DNA from: a virus
Virus record (IMG/VR): IMGVR_UViG_3300033442_000004
Location: 56,773-120,772 of that record
Reading direction: 5' to 3' (one strand)
DNA: 64,000 nt
Part shown: positions 39,201-48,314 of the stretch, piece by piece
Numbering within the stretch: the first letter of the stretch is position 1
How the letters are laid out: each line of letters starts with the position of its first letter
The notes under the pieces: model-generated
The model's input: the letters and a program-made list of their open reading frames with translations, nothing else
Database searches by the model: none
What the model was told of the DNA's origin: nothing
Made by a program: the position numbers and the translations under genes

Positions 39201-39645
39201 CGCGCTCGCCGGCAGCCACATCATCGGTGGCTACACCGACCAAGGCCTGCCGACCGATCCGAACGGATCGGCGCGAACGGGTATCCCGGGGCTCCGCCTC
39301 CGAGATCCTCGCACGGGCAAGAAGGACGGCAACGAGTTCACCGACTGGGTCGGTCCTGGCTCAGCCTACGGCAAGGGTCGCCAAGGTGCGATCAACTACC
39401 GCAGGTTCATCGAGCAGAACATCAACGCTGTGCCGTCGCCGGCTGACGCGATCAAGAACGTTCCAGCTGCTCCGCAGACTGGCGTCCCGATGAGGGGCGA
39501 CTTTGGCGGAAGCGGTCGCGGTAGCGTCGCGATCCACATCAACGGCAACAGCCACGATCCGGAAGCTCTCGCAACGCTGGTCCAGCGCCGCGTCGACGAG
39601 CAGATGAACTGGCGGACCCACGACACGGACTCCGAATACACCTAA
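36295..39645 (+). CDS. Tape measure protein
   Basis: 1116 aa, helical and Ala/Gly-rich; position after the chaperones. Confidence 0.9.
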   Translation: MADEHMKMIAELEFRSSGSATIAALQAKIKALKEQINKSFAKNAITTPIVSPQLMKDLQGTGKAINGLTKKYIDMAKEARELGQMNARVYKGMQRDIQAHARAWKKASGDQKDDLAKSLKEKIKYHQAYRSVYNKENQRVLGMTAALNRAETDLHLAKWRNRERIDRQQRAAALRSRAAFAASMRTVAGSVRSGGFQAGLIGGALAYGTGRAVSSSIRSATDMDRAEANARINMDEKQIPGGFAGLRERILPKSVQLGQDPARYMQTVVEAAKAGVPENMSEQTGEMVTMLAKTFGVEVDQAMDGMGYAIAQEFGAGRLKDMSGVRRLGNIAAFLSAKTAARPDQMFSFLRTGMGSGALLGMNQQSTLAFGASAIQAGAQGQQAARFLGSLGETLAELTMEANAITKKHHRSEKDRLFMSLPGQLGYGSYGEIEQKLKKDPNKGIFDLISSFQKIKAPLDRQKAMSAMFGADFGRFLANMIASPEMLKRTKELAEQAANQTEGNDFISEAWGEYSKSLEFLMGRIGATWKVIKTELGTTFKPFVEQLSLYISDWYNAVKTGGMKDKLTAVLNGLTEGFLGRPGTFRDLLEQMFGKPGEGGLGKTETYFKFARGLATGLREVGEMISNVMSKLAAYFGANGDAEAMGRFTAKIIALVGALVILGPVISVLSSFVTLVGALAAIFGSPALAAGVATALQNSGVKKSRIREKGESYEHWQNRIAEDKAARVQKQSGSGFNPADVHPMNYLGEKLDKFGGKIERASLMSTDFSAMRRGGGLGYAYEGAGSSLAGSGGGSGMRLLSGVGTPDALIKNVTPGGSLPNFGVGTGGIIGRGGRVSSGVGSAPDVGTSVPAGGPADMSVGQGLGGSAFLQARRARFEQELKDDPTLRMHLAAMQATEGASRGGTIESLMNRADMQGKTMRQMLGYSADGRINPRSFYGPIRRGELGPTIARLKRNPTEFAKYDALTNRALAGSHIIGGYTDQGLPTDPNGSARTGIPGLRLRDPRTGKKDGNEFTDWVGPGSAYGKGRQGAINYRRFIEQNINAVPSPADAIKNVPAAPQTGVPMRGDFGGSGRGSVAIHINGNSHDPEALATLVQRRVDEQMNWRTHDTDSEYT

Positions 39646-39702
39646 CGCGAATAGCTCGGCCCTACGGGGCCGGGCACTCCTCCAACAATCCGAGAGGTAT
39701 CT

Positions 39703-40239
39703 ATGGCATTCATGCTGTTGGGCATGGCTCCCGTCCTTGAGAAGGGAGAGACGGCCCCCAAGGATGGCAGCGACACGATCCTCTTCTACGTTCCGCTGCC
39801 GAACCATGAGACGCCGAACTTCGAGACGATCCAGCGCGACCACCAGTTCACCTGGGTGTCGAACGATCGACTCTCTCGTGATCCGGCGATGCAGTTTGTC
39901 GGCCCCGGCGAAGAGAACGTCTCGATCGACGGTAAGCTCTACCCGTACCACTTCGGTGGCCTCGACACGATCTCGCGCCTGAAGGCAGCGGGGAGGCGGG
40001 GTAGGCCGATGGACATGATGCGGTTCTACCCGCTGAAGGACCCGGCCGGATACGCGGCTGAGTTCGTCGGGACTTACGCGATCAAGCGAGTCCGCACCGT
40101 CGAGCAGAAGATCGGCGCTGTCGGCATCGCTCAGAAAATCGACTTCACCGTGGAGCTGACTAAGTACGGAGATGACGTCTACACAGGCGGCGTCGTGATC
40201 CCGGCGGCAACCGAAGACAATTCGAAGCTGGGGATCTGA
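39703..40239 (+). CDS. Tail protein gpU-like
   Basis: W....R....PAMQFVGPGEE.V.I.G.LYP. Confidence 0.85.
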   Translation: MAFMLLGMAPVLEKGETAPKDGSDTILFYVPLPNHETPNFETIQRDHQFTWVSNDRLSRDPAMQFVGPGEENVSIDGKLYPYHFGGLDTISRLKAAGRRGRPMDMMRFYPLKDPAGYAAEFVGTYAIKRVRTVEQKIGAVGIAQKIDFTVELTKYGDDVYTGGVVIPAATEDNSKLGI

Positions 40240-40460
40240 TGTCGACTTACGTCACCAAGATCTTCGACAGGCTCGATCGCATCTGCTTCGCCAGGTACGG
40301 CAACTCGTCCAACGGCATCGTCGAGTGGGTGATCGAGCAGAACCCCGGCATCGAGCTTTACGGCATCGTGCTCCCGTTGGGCATCACCATCAACCTTCCA
40401 GACGCACCGAAGAAGCTGGACGCACCCCCGGTGCTCAAGCAGGTCTTCCTCTGGAACTGA
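40239..40460 (+). CDS. Tail protein gpX-like
   Basis: D.LD.IC..RYG, NPG, LP.G..I.LP, LW. Confidence 0.88.
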   Translation: MSTYVTKIFDRLDRICFARYGNSSNGIVEWVIEQNPGIELYGIVLPLGITINLPDAPKKLDAPPVLKQVFLWN

Positions 40461-40512
40461 TCAGCGGTATACGCGATCGCGTATAACCGCGAAATATACG
40501 CGAGAGCGTATG

Positions 40513-40541
40513 AGGCCGTCCTTCGGGGCGGCCTTTCTTTT
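40513..40541 (+). terminator. Rho-independent terminator
   Basis: UUCG hairpin followed by a U tract. Confidence 0.75.
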
Positions 40542-40555
40542 TGCGCGGAGTGTAA

Positions 40556-41668
40556 ATGGCCACCGGCTACACCCCGATCTACCGCGTCATGAAGGGCGGT
40601 ATCGATATCACGGGGAACTTCAACGACCGAACCACCCAGATCAAAGTCGAGCTGATCGCTGGCGGCGGCGAGGGCGACAACTGCACCATCACTCTCGATG
40701 ACCGAGACTGGGCTCTCGCCGCAGTCGATCCGGGTGATCAGATCGGCGTCTACCTCGGCTACAAGGAGGTGGGCCTTGCCTACCTCGGAACCTTCAATCT
40801 CACCGACGTCGTCTACAAGGGTAAGCCGCGCAGTGTGCAGCTGGTCGGCACGTCCACCAAATTCGGCGATCTGAACAAGGCGCCGACGACCAAGGAATAC
40901 ATCGGCAAGACCGTCGGCGAGATCCTCAGCGACATTGCCGGCGAGACCGGCATGGCCGTCGCAGGCGCAACCGGTCTGACTGATCAGCAGGTCGAAACCA
41001 AAAACCAGATCACCAGCAATCTGCACGTCATCAACGAGCTGGAGCGCCGCTATGGTGCCGTGGCAAAGGTGGTCGACGGCAAGCTGATGTTCGTCCCGCG
41101 CGACTCCGTCACGAACGCCAGCGGCGAGCCCGTGCCGACGCTGGTGCTCAAGCCTGAGCACTTCGGCGACTGGCAGGTCCGCTACATGCAGCGCTCTGCG
41201 TTCAGCGGCGTCAAGGCGTTCTGGTGGGATGAGCACGACAAGGTCCGTAAATGGGTCAAGTCGTCGACCGCTCCGATCGGGCAGGCCACGGGCGGCGAAT
41301 ATCCGCTCGGTGAATGGTTCAAATCGGCCGCGGAAGCGACCGCCGCCGCCAACTCCAAGATGGAAGCGTTCAACCGCGCTCAGGTCGAGGCCACGTTCGA
41401 TCTGGCGAAGGGCGACCCGTGGATCCGGGACACCCAAACCATCTCGGTGCAGGGCATGCGTGACCGCGTGAACGGCTCTTACGTCGTTCAGCGAGCGATC
41501 CACACGTACATCAAGAGCACCGGCATCCGCTCCACGCTCGAATGTCGTGGGCCCGGCAATGGCGCTGACTTCAGCGACCGTGCTGACGACCTGATGCTGA
41601 GTCCACTCCCGGGCGAAGTCATGGGCACCGTGCTGCCCGAGAAGTGGAACTTCCCCGAAGACCTCTAA
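40556..41668 (+). CDS. Baseplate hub gpD-like (late control D family)
   Basis: DNCTITLDDRD, LGYKE.GL..LGTF, KVVDGKLMF. Confidence 0.88.
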   Translation: MATGYTPIYRVMKGGIDITGNFNDRTTQIKVELIAGGGEGDNCTITLDDRDWALAAVDPGDQIGVYLGYKEVGLAYLGTFNLTDVVYKGKPRSVQLVGTSTKFGDLNKAPTTKEYIGKTVGEILSDIAGETGMAVAGATGLTDQQVETKNQITSNLHVINELERRYGAVAKVVDGKLMFVPRDSVTNASGEPVPTLVLKPEHFGDWQVRYMQRSAFSGVKAFWWDEHDKVRKWVKSSTAPIGQATGGEYPLGEWFKSAAEATAAANSKMEAFNRAQVEATFDLAKGDPWIRDTQTISVQGMRDRVNGSYVVQRAIHTYIKSTGIRSTLECRGPGNGADFSDRADDLMLSPLPGEVMGTVLPEKWNFPEDL

Positions 41669-41682
41669 CGAAAGACTCCAAC

Positions 41683-42849
41683 ATGTTAAGTAAGGAAATC
41701 GTTGACGCCATCGTGGCGGCAGCGAACGCGAACGGCTGGCCTGCGTCCGCGCTGCTCGCCGTTGTCGAATGCGAGACCTCGGGGAAGCCGTTCGAGCAGG
41801 ACAACCACACCCCCGCGCTGCTCTTCGAGCGGCACAAGTTTTATTCCGAGCTGCAGTCCCACAAGCCGATGAAGCTGAAGGACGCCATCAAGGCGGGCCT
41901 CGCCATCCCGAAGTGGAGCCGGAATACCCAGTACAAGGACCAGGGCACCTCGGCCGGTCGATTGAATGTCATCGCAAAAGCGAGGCAGATCGACGAGGAA
42001 GTCGCCAACAGAGCGGCGTCCTGGGGCCTTGGCCAAACCATGGGCTTCAACGCCGAGCGCCTGCACTACGACAACGCGACCGCCATGGTCGAGGAGCTGT
42101 CGAAGGGCGTCGCCGAGCAGATCGAGGCCATGGTCCGTGAGATCAAGTCGAGCAAGCTCGACAAGCATCTCATCGCCAAGGACTTCGCCAAGTTCGCCAA
42201 GGGCTACAACGGCGCCGGCTACAAGCAGAACAACTACGACACGCGCATGCGCAACGCGGACGCTGTCTGGGCTCGCCGCCTGGCCAACGGCTTCGAAGCC
42301 AAGCCGAGCAAGTCCGTCACGCTGGTCTATCAGACCAAGCTGAAGGAGCTGGGCTACGCGGTCGGAAAGGTGGACGGCGACTGGGGCAACCTGACGACGG
42401 GCGCGACCTCCGCATTCCAGCGGAAGGAAGGGCTGAAGATCACCGGCCATCCCAACGATGAGACCACGGCGCACCTCGACAGCGTCGGTCCCGATCAGGC
42501 CGCCGAGCCTTCGCCGGAACGCCAGACCGCGACCGTCGACGATCTCCGGACCGCCGGCTCGCAGACGATCGCGGCTGCCGACAAGGGTTCGCTGGTGTCG
42601 AAGATCCTGGTCGGTGCGGGTGCTTTGGGCGGCGCGCAGCAGACCGGCGTCCTCGACCAGGCTCAGGACATGGTCAGCAAGGCGCAGACTGCCAAGGCCG
42701 TCCTCGACTCGATCCACGACCTCGCTGCCGGCCTCGCACCGTACTGGTGGGTCGGAGTGATCGCTGTCGGCTTCATCACCTGGCAGCTCTACGGCGACGT
42801 GATCAAGCGCCGCCTCGCAGACCATCAAGCAGGAGTTCACCTTGGATAA
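41683..42849 (+). CDS. Endolysin: N-acetylmuramidase (DUF3380-like) plus PG-binding domain plus C-terminal hydrophobic region
   Basis: LFERHKF, SWGLGQTMGFN, FAKGYNG; VDGDWG..T......FQ. Confidence 0.9.
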   Translation: MLSKEIVDAIVAAANANGWPASALLAVVECETSGKPFEQDNHTPALLFERHKFYSELQSHKPMKLKDAIKAGLAIPKWSRNTQYKDQGTSAGRLNVIAKARQIDEEVANRAASWGLGQTMGFNAERLHYDNATAMVEELSKGVAEQIEAMVREIKSSKLDKHLIAKDFAKFAKGYNGAGYKQNNYDTRMRNADAVWARRLANGFEAKPSKSVTLVYQTKLKELGYAVGKVDGDWGNLTTGATSAFQRKEGLKITGHPNDETTAHLDSVGPDQAAEPSPERQTATVDDLRTAGSQTIAAADKGSLVSKILVGAGALGGAQQTGVLDQAQDMVSKAQTAKAVLDSIHDLAAGLAPYWWVGVIAVGFITWQLYGDVIKRRLADHQAGVHLG

Positions 42850-43234
42850 GGCCATCAAGGCGGCCAAGGCGATCTTCGCGACCAAGTTTGGCAAGGCCCT
42901 CGCGGCCTTGCTGATCCTGGCTGCGATCATCGCCTACGCCCACCACCGCGGAGTCGTGTCGACCACCGCCAAGTTCACCGCGCAGGTGGAGCAGCTGAAG
43001 CAGCAGCTCGCCGACGCATCAGCAACGCCGGCTCCAGTCATCCAGCAGCCCGTCTGCCCGGAACAGGAGCCCGACGTCGGCACGGCCGAACGTCTCAAGC
43101 AGGCTGAAACGGCGAAAGCCGCTCTCGAAAAGAAGGTCAAGGACTATGAAAAGCAGCTGGCTCGCCGGCCTGCGAAGGCTGGGGGTTTTGCTCTGTCTCC
43201 CGCTGACGCTCGCAGCCTGCAAAACATTCGGTGA
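42842..43234 (+). CDS. Rz-like i-spanin
   Basis: N-terminal TM plus coiled coil, after the endolysin. Confidence 0.65.
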   Translation: MDKAIKAAKAIFATKFGKALAALLILAAIIAYAHHRGVVSTTAKFTAQVEQLKQQLADASATPAPVIQQPVCPEQEPDVGTAERLKQAETAKAALEKKVKDYEKQLARRPAKAGGFALSPADARSLQNIR

Positions 43235-43439
43235 CGCCTCGCCGCAGGAGCGGATGGATATCCAGTCCTGCATGCGTCTGGCGAGCACCGTGGAGCTTCC
43301 CCCGATCAAGGCGGGTATGGATGCCCGCGTCGTGATCGCGCGATACCGGGCCGCCCTGGTGGCGGCAAACGCCAACATCAACGACACCAAGGCCTGCTTG
43401 GCCCTGCTCGACCGGGCAGAACAGGACGGTAAATTCTGA
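43146..43439 (+). CDS. Rz1-like o-spanin lipoprotein
   Basis: Lipobox LAAC; overlaps the 3' end of the i-spanin. Confidence 0.65.
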   Translation: MKSSWLAGLRRLGVLLCLPLTLAACKTFGDASPQERMDIQSCMRLASTVELPPIKAGMDARVVIARYRAALVAANANINDTKACLALLDRAEQDGKF

Positions 43440-43768
43440 TGGCTCTTGCCGACGTAACTCTCGCCGACGTGCTGAGCCTTGCTGGCCCCCTGATCGCGGT
43501 TGCCGGCGCCATCTCAGGCGTCTGGTACCGCATGGAGACGAAGGTGGAGAGCGTTCGCAAGGACGCCGCTGACTCCATCCACTCGGTCGAGAAGGAGTTG
43601 TCGAACTTCAAGATGAAGGTGGTCGAGGAGTACGCCTCCTGGGATACCGTCCGCGCGATCGAGACCCGTCTGACCGAACGGATGGACGGCCTCTCGAACC
43701 AGGTCATGGCCATGCCGGACGCGGTGGTCGACCGCATCACGAAGTTCCTCAATCTGAAATCTGCATAA
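43439..43768 (+). CDS. Membrane-anchored coiled-coil protein (possible holin)
   Basis: Single N-terminal TM, within the lysis cluster. Confidence 0.55.
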   Translation: MALADVTLADVLSLAGPLIAVAGAISGVWYRMETKVESVRKDAADSIHSVEKELSNFKMKVVEEYASWDTVRAIETRLTERMDGLSNQVMAMPDAVVDRITKFLNLKSA

Positions 43769-43864
43769 GCCCTGTGCGGGCCGGGACGCCCCGGCCGTCT
43801 ACCGACACCAAACCGCACACGCAGACCCTGAGCGCTCAGGGGCAGCCGGTGAGAGCCCGGCAAT

Positions 43865-44152
43865 CTACCTGCTCCGCAGCTCCCGCTCGAACACGTCCGC
43901 CAAGTCGGCAAACGGCTTCAGGCAAGGGGGAGCATCGGCCACCTTGTCGTTCCCGAACTTCGACTTCCGAACCTGGATGTCAATCACAGCAGCCTCGCTC
44001 TGCTTCGCCAGCTTGTAGAACGCCCGAAGGACGTCGGTCTGCATCTCGCTAATTTCTCGGACGGTTGGAAGTGGCGCACATGTCTCGGCCGACAGCGCCG
44101 CCGAGGTGGAAAGGAGCAAGGCGAACGCACCGGCAATGGTCTTGGTCATCAT
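43865..44152 (-). CDS. Secreted hypothetical protein (moron-like)
   Basis: Signal peptide MMTKTIAGAFALLLSTSAALSA; two Cys. Confidence 0.6.
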   Translation of the reverse strand: MMTKTIAGAFALLLSTSAALSAETCAPLPTVREISEMQTDVLRAFYKLAKQSEAAVIDIQVRKSKFGNDKVADAPPCLKPFADLADVFERELRSR

Positions 44153-44267
44153 GGGTCTCGCAACTGGCGAAGTGGGACCGTTTGCATTACACCTCCGTGC
44201 ATTTGCATTCAAGCAAATCCTATGGTAGTGCCTCAGGAAGAAATGCACAGCCCTTCCGAAGGAAACC

Positions 44268-46256
44268 ATGGCACCGCCGCAAACGCCATCCGCTGAACGC
44301 GCCCGCAGGAAACAGGTCATCGAAGACCTCCTGAGACAGGGGTATCACCCTCAGGGATCGCGCGGCGGGATCGCATCCGCGACGAAGACGGCCGAGCGCC
44401 AAGAGAACATCAACTATCCGAACTGGGTTCGCGCCGAAGAGGCGCTGAAGCGCAAGCGCAAAGAGAACTATGCGATCGACTGGTCGCTCTACGTTCCGCC
44501 TGCACCCAAGGCTACCGTCACCTCAGGTGGCGAAGAACTGTCCGCCGAAGAAGTCGACCCGTTGATCCGGGCGAAGACGCTCTCGGCCGAGGTTACACAA
44601 CTCATCACCCAATCGAAATACCCGGTCATCAACCCGGAAGCCGTCATCGTCGACACGCCGATGCTGCGGAGCTGGTCCGCCAAGCACCGTCGCTACGTCG
44701 AGAAGGAAGGCAAGCCCCGGACATGGATGGTCGAGACCCTGCGCGTCGCGCCGTACCGCGATCCCCGCGGCAAGAACTTCATCTTCACGGGCGCGCAGAA
44801 CGATGCGCTCCTGCACGAGGAGTTCTGGGTCAACCTGAAGGCCTACGCCGCCTACATCGACGCTGAGATCATCGTCGGTCCCTGGACCTACGAGACCCAG
44901 TGGTGGGCGGAGAACGACCCGCAGGCGCGCGAGTACGCGCCCGAGCTGGCTGAGCACCTGTGCTTCGGCCAGATGAAGATCGGCGACAACTTTGTGTTCT
45001 GCGGCGAGATGAACACGCTGCCGACCGCATCGCAGCCGATCTCCGATCTGGTCACGTACAGCCGGGGCCGCTGGGCTGTGTTCCCGCACGCCAAGCGCCA
45101 GCTGAAGAGCGTTCCGTCCAACGACCCCAACGTCCAGGCCCACCAGGTCATGACGTCGGGCGCCTGCACGCGGCCAAAGATCATCCCGCGCAAGGCGGGC
45201 GTGAAGTCGCTGTTCCACCAGGTGGTCGGCGCCACCGTGGTGCAGTTCGATGAGGACGGCGACGTCTTCTGCCGGCAGATCACGGCGGACGACCATACCG
45301 GGGCGTTCTACGACCTCGACGCCTACGTGGCGAACGCGGAAGTGACCACGGGCCACCGGGCTCGTGCGATCACCATGCCGGACCTCCACGTCCGCAAGAT
45401 GGACCAGGCCAACTGCATGGCCATCTTCGGGTGGGACATGCGTGGTGGCCGAGCGCAGTACCGCGAGAGCATGGTCGACGTCCTCGATCCGGAGAATGTC
45501 ATCGGTCACGACATCTTCGACAACGAGGCGCGGAACCACCACCACGTCCACGACAACGCCTACAGCTACGAGATGGCCTTCCGGGGCCGCGACAGCGTGG
45601 AGGAAGAAGTCGAGCAGTGCGGTCAGTTCCTGCTGACGGCGATCGGCATGGGCGCGCTGCCGATGGTCACGGTCGGCGACCGGACCTTCATCGTTGCAGA
45701 AGGCAACCACGACATCGCGCTGGAGAAGTACGCCCGAGAAGGCCGGTACCGGAACGACGGCCGGAACGTCCGCTTCGGCTTGCAGCTCGAAGACGCATAC
45801 CTGGACTACGTCGAACGGCGCTCGATCGCCATCGACAACAACCAGCCTGTGCCGCGCTTCTCGCTGCTCGAACACGCCATCCGGATGAAGTATCCGCAGC
45901 TCGGTGACAAGGTGGTCTGGTGCCATGACGGCTACAGCCACCTGATCGACGGCATCGAGGTCGGCAACCACGGCTTCCGCGGAGCGAACGGCGCCAAGGG
46001 CACCGTGGCCGGCTTCGCGCGGGCAGGGCGCAAGATGTCGATCGGCGACAAGCACAGCCCCGAGATCATGGAGGGCGTGTACGTGGCCGGCGTCATCAAC
46101 CTGCGTCACGGCTACAACAAGGGCCTGTCGGGGTGGGCGGTCACCGTGATCATCCAGTATCCGGACGGGAAGCGCTCGCTGCTGACCCTGCAGAAGGGCA
46201 AATGGCGGCCAGGGAAGCGCGTCGTGCGCGTGCCGGCGCCGTCTTTCGCTGCCTGA
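44268..46256 (+). CDS. Metallophosphoesterase, T5 A1-like
   Basis: FIFTGAQN, MNTLPTA, PDLH, GHD, EGNHD, NHG and GDKHSP motifs. Confidence 0.7.
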   Translation: MAPPQTPSAERARRKQVIEDLLRQGYHPQGSRGGIASATKTAERQENINYPNWVRAEEALKRKRKENYAIDWSLYVPPAPKATVTSGGEELSAEEVDPLIRAKTLSAEVTQLITQSKYPVINPEAVIVDTPMLRSWSAKHRRYVEKEGKPRTWMVETLRVAPYRDPRGKNFIFTGAQNDALLHEEFWVNLKAYAAYIDAEIIVGPWTYETQWWAENDPQAREYAPELAEHLCFGQMKIGDNFVFCGEMNTLPTASQPISDLVTYSRGRWAVFPHAKRQLKSVPSNDPNVQAHQVMTSGACTRPKIIPRKAGVKSLFHQVVGATVVQFDEDGDVFCRQITADDHTGAFYDLDAYVANAEVTTGHRARAITMPDLHVRKMDQANCMAIFGWDMRGGRAQYRESMVDVLDPENVIGHDIFDNEARNHHHVHDNAYSYEMAFRGRDSVEEEVEQCGQFLLTAIGMGALPMVTVGDRTFIVAEGNHDIALEKYAREGRYRNDGRNVRFGLQLEDAYLDYVERRSIAIDNNQPVPRFSLLEHAIRMKYPQLGDKVVWCHDGYSHLIDGIEVGNHGFRGANGAKGTVAGFARAGRKMSIGDKHSPEIMEGVYVAGVINLRHGYNKGLSGWAVTVIIQYPDGKRSLLTLQKGKWRPGKRVVRVPAPSFAA

Positions 46257-46285
46257 TCGTTTGCATGAATGCAAAAGGAGGAACG

Positions 46286-46753
46286 ATGAAGCCGCTCGTC
46301 TATCTGGCGGGCCCGATCTCCGGGTTCAATTTCGACGGCGCCACCAGCTGGCGCGACAGCGTGAAGGAAGTGCTCGGCGAGTGGGGGATCAAAGCCCTCT
46401 CGCCGCTGCGCGAGCAGGATCACCTGAAGCAGGTCGGCATCTTCACGAACGCCGCGGAAGAGGCTGCTCGGCTCGAGTCGCCGATGTCGATGCCCAAGGG
46501 TCTGACCATCCGCGACCGCTGGGACGCGATGCGTTGCGACGTCCTGCTGGTGAACTTGCTCGGCGCGACGACCGTGTCGATCGGCACCGTGATGGAGATC
46601 GCCTGGGCCGACTCCAAGGGCATCCCGATCGTCGCGGCGGTCGAGGAGAAATTCAATCCGCACGAGCACGCGATGCTCATGCACTGCATCGGCTATCGCC
46701 TCACCAGCCTGTGGGACGCCTGCGATGTGACCCGGCAGCTGCTTGCCTGCTGA
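46286..46753 (+). CDS. Nucleoside 2-deoxyribosyltransferase-like / NMP N-glycosidase
   Basis: VYLAGPI, RD...CD, SIGTVMEIAWA. Confidence 0.85.
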   Translation: MKPLVYLAGPISGFNFDGATSWRDSVKEVLGEWGIKALSPLREQDHLKQVGIFTNAAEEAARLESPMSMPKGLTIRDRWDAMRCDVLLVNLLGATTVSIGTVMEIAWADSKGIPIVAAVEEKFNPHEHAMLMHCIGYRLTSLWDACDVTRQLLAC

Positions 46754-46787
46754 TTTGCTTGAATTGTAACGAGGAGAGAGAAGACAA

Positions 46788-47474
46788 ATGACGGTAGTTG
46801 GACTCGCGGGATTCGCTCAGTCGGGCAAGACGACGGCGGCGCTGTACCTGGAGAAGAAGTACGGCATCCGCCGTAAGCACATCGCCGAGCCGCTGCGGGC
46901 GATGCTCGCCGTGCTGCTGCAGGCGAACGGCATGTCGTCGGCCGAGATCACCGAGTACCTGGAAGGCTCCAAGAAGGAGCAGGTCATCCCGTGCCTGGGC
47001 GTCACCTCGCGCTACGCGCAGATCACGATCGGCACCGAGTGGGGTCGCGAGCTGATCAGCCAGGATCTGTGGGCCACCACCTGGGCACGCGGCATCGCTG
47101 ACGGCGAGTCCGTGATGAACGACTCCGTGCGCTTCCCGAACGAGGCTGCGGCGATCCGCAGGCTCGGCGGCGTGGTCATCATGATCAAGCGCCCGGGAAC
47201 GAAGCCGGCGAAGTTCAAGTGGGGCAAGCTCGGCGAGTTCCTGTACGACCGGTTCGGCCTGATGTGGGGCGTCCACGACAGCGAGCGCATCGATCGCATC
47301 AAGCCGGACTTCATCATCCACAACGATGCCTCGGTCGAGCAGCTGCAGGTCGACCTCGACAGCGCGCTGGTGAAGCACAACCAGATGGTCAAGCAGACCA
47401 GCTTCGCCCACTCCAAGCGGAGCGCCGCGGCGAGCGCCGGCCTGGCCCTCGCAGCCGCCGCCACGGTGCGCTGA
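46788..47474 (+). CDS. Deoxynucleoside monophosphate kinase
   Basis: GFAQSGKTT, R..QI.IGTEWGR, SVRFPNE. Confidence 0.85.
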   Translation: MTVVGLAGFAQSGKTTAALYLEKKYGIRRKHIAEPLRAMLAVLLQANGMSSAEITEYLEGSKKEQVIPCLGVTSRYAQITIGTEWGRELISQDLWATTWARGIADGESVMNDSVRFPNEAAAIRRLGGVVIMIKRPGTKPAKFKWGKLGEFLYDRFGLMWGVHDSERIDRIKPDFIIHNDASVEQLQVDLDSALVKHNQMVKQTSFAHSKRSAAASAGLALAAAATVR

Positions 47475-47770
47475 TGCCGATGGTGCGTTGGAAAACAGAC
47501 AGCAGGCCGCAGCGTCATGGATGGGCTCCAGGTGAGTACATCCATGCCCGTTGCGTCGGTCAGCTGTGCCAGAAGCTGGATGATTCCAGCTTCATCGGCG
47601 CCAAGCGGGCGATCATGTGCGCCGACTGCGCATATGCGCTGCCGGAGCAGGTCGACAAGCCGGCACCGAAACTCACCCAGGAGAAGCTGATCGAGATGAT
47701 CAAGGACATGTTCCGACAAGTCCGGCAGATCGAACTCGCCCTGGAGGAGTTCGAGGCTCGCAAGGGATGA
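47474..47770 (+). CDS. Hypothetical zinc-binding protein
   Basis: GWAPGEY, FIGAKRA..CADCA. Confidence 0.65.
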   Translation: MPMVRWKTDSRPQRHGWAPGEYIHARCVGQLCQKLDDSSFIGAKRAIMCADCAYALPEQVDKPAPKLTQEKLIEMIKDMFRQVRQIELALEEFEARKG

Positions 47771-47946
47771 GGCTGATCAACATGAAATTGACCCGGGGTG
47801 ACGCTGAGGTGATCACCCCGGAGCAGGTATGGACGGAGATCGGGAAGATCTTCGTGCAGCGGGCTTTCGGCATGAAGCCCACGGGGCCAGCCAAGAGCGG
47901 AAGACCCCAGGTCAACGTGCGAGAGCTGCTGGCGAGGGAGGAGTGA
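47767..47946 (+). CDS. Small hypothetical protein
   Basis: Coupled ORF. Confidence 0.45.
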   Translation: MRLINMKLTRGDAEVITPEQVWTEIGKIFVQRAFGMKPTGPAKSGRPQVNVRELLAREE

Positions 47947-48314
47947 CCGGCCGCTCTATTCCTCGGCATCGCGCTGTTCGGCGCGTTGGTGTCGGTCGTA
48001 GCCTTCTGTGACAAGGACAGGAGGCTATTGACCAAGGGCGTACTCACGTTCGTCGTGGCAGGGGTTCTGGCGCTGTCCGCGTGGTGACCTCAGCCTCATC
48101 ACGTGGTTGCCGGGAAGTGACCACGTGGAAAAAAGGTGATGAGCGCTGCGGATGTTTCTACATGGGGCCTCGCGCCACCTTGCGTACCCCCCCTCCCAAG
48201 GTTTACCGCACATTTTACCCCTTGCATTCAACCGGGAATCGCAAATTCGAGAATCTCGTCGTATAAGTGGTTGCGGGGAGCGCTGCGCGGTGCGGTGCAA
48301 TAAGAGGGGGCGAT

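Noticed and set aside
12883-40536. 24-bp direct repeat (12883 and 40513) as att or recombination site
   Set aside because: It is a generic UUCG terminator hairpin and does not bound the element.
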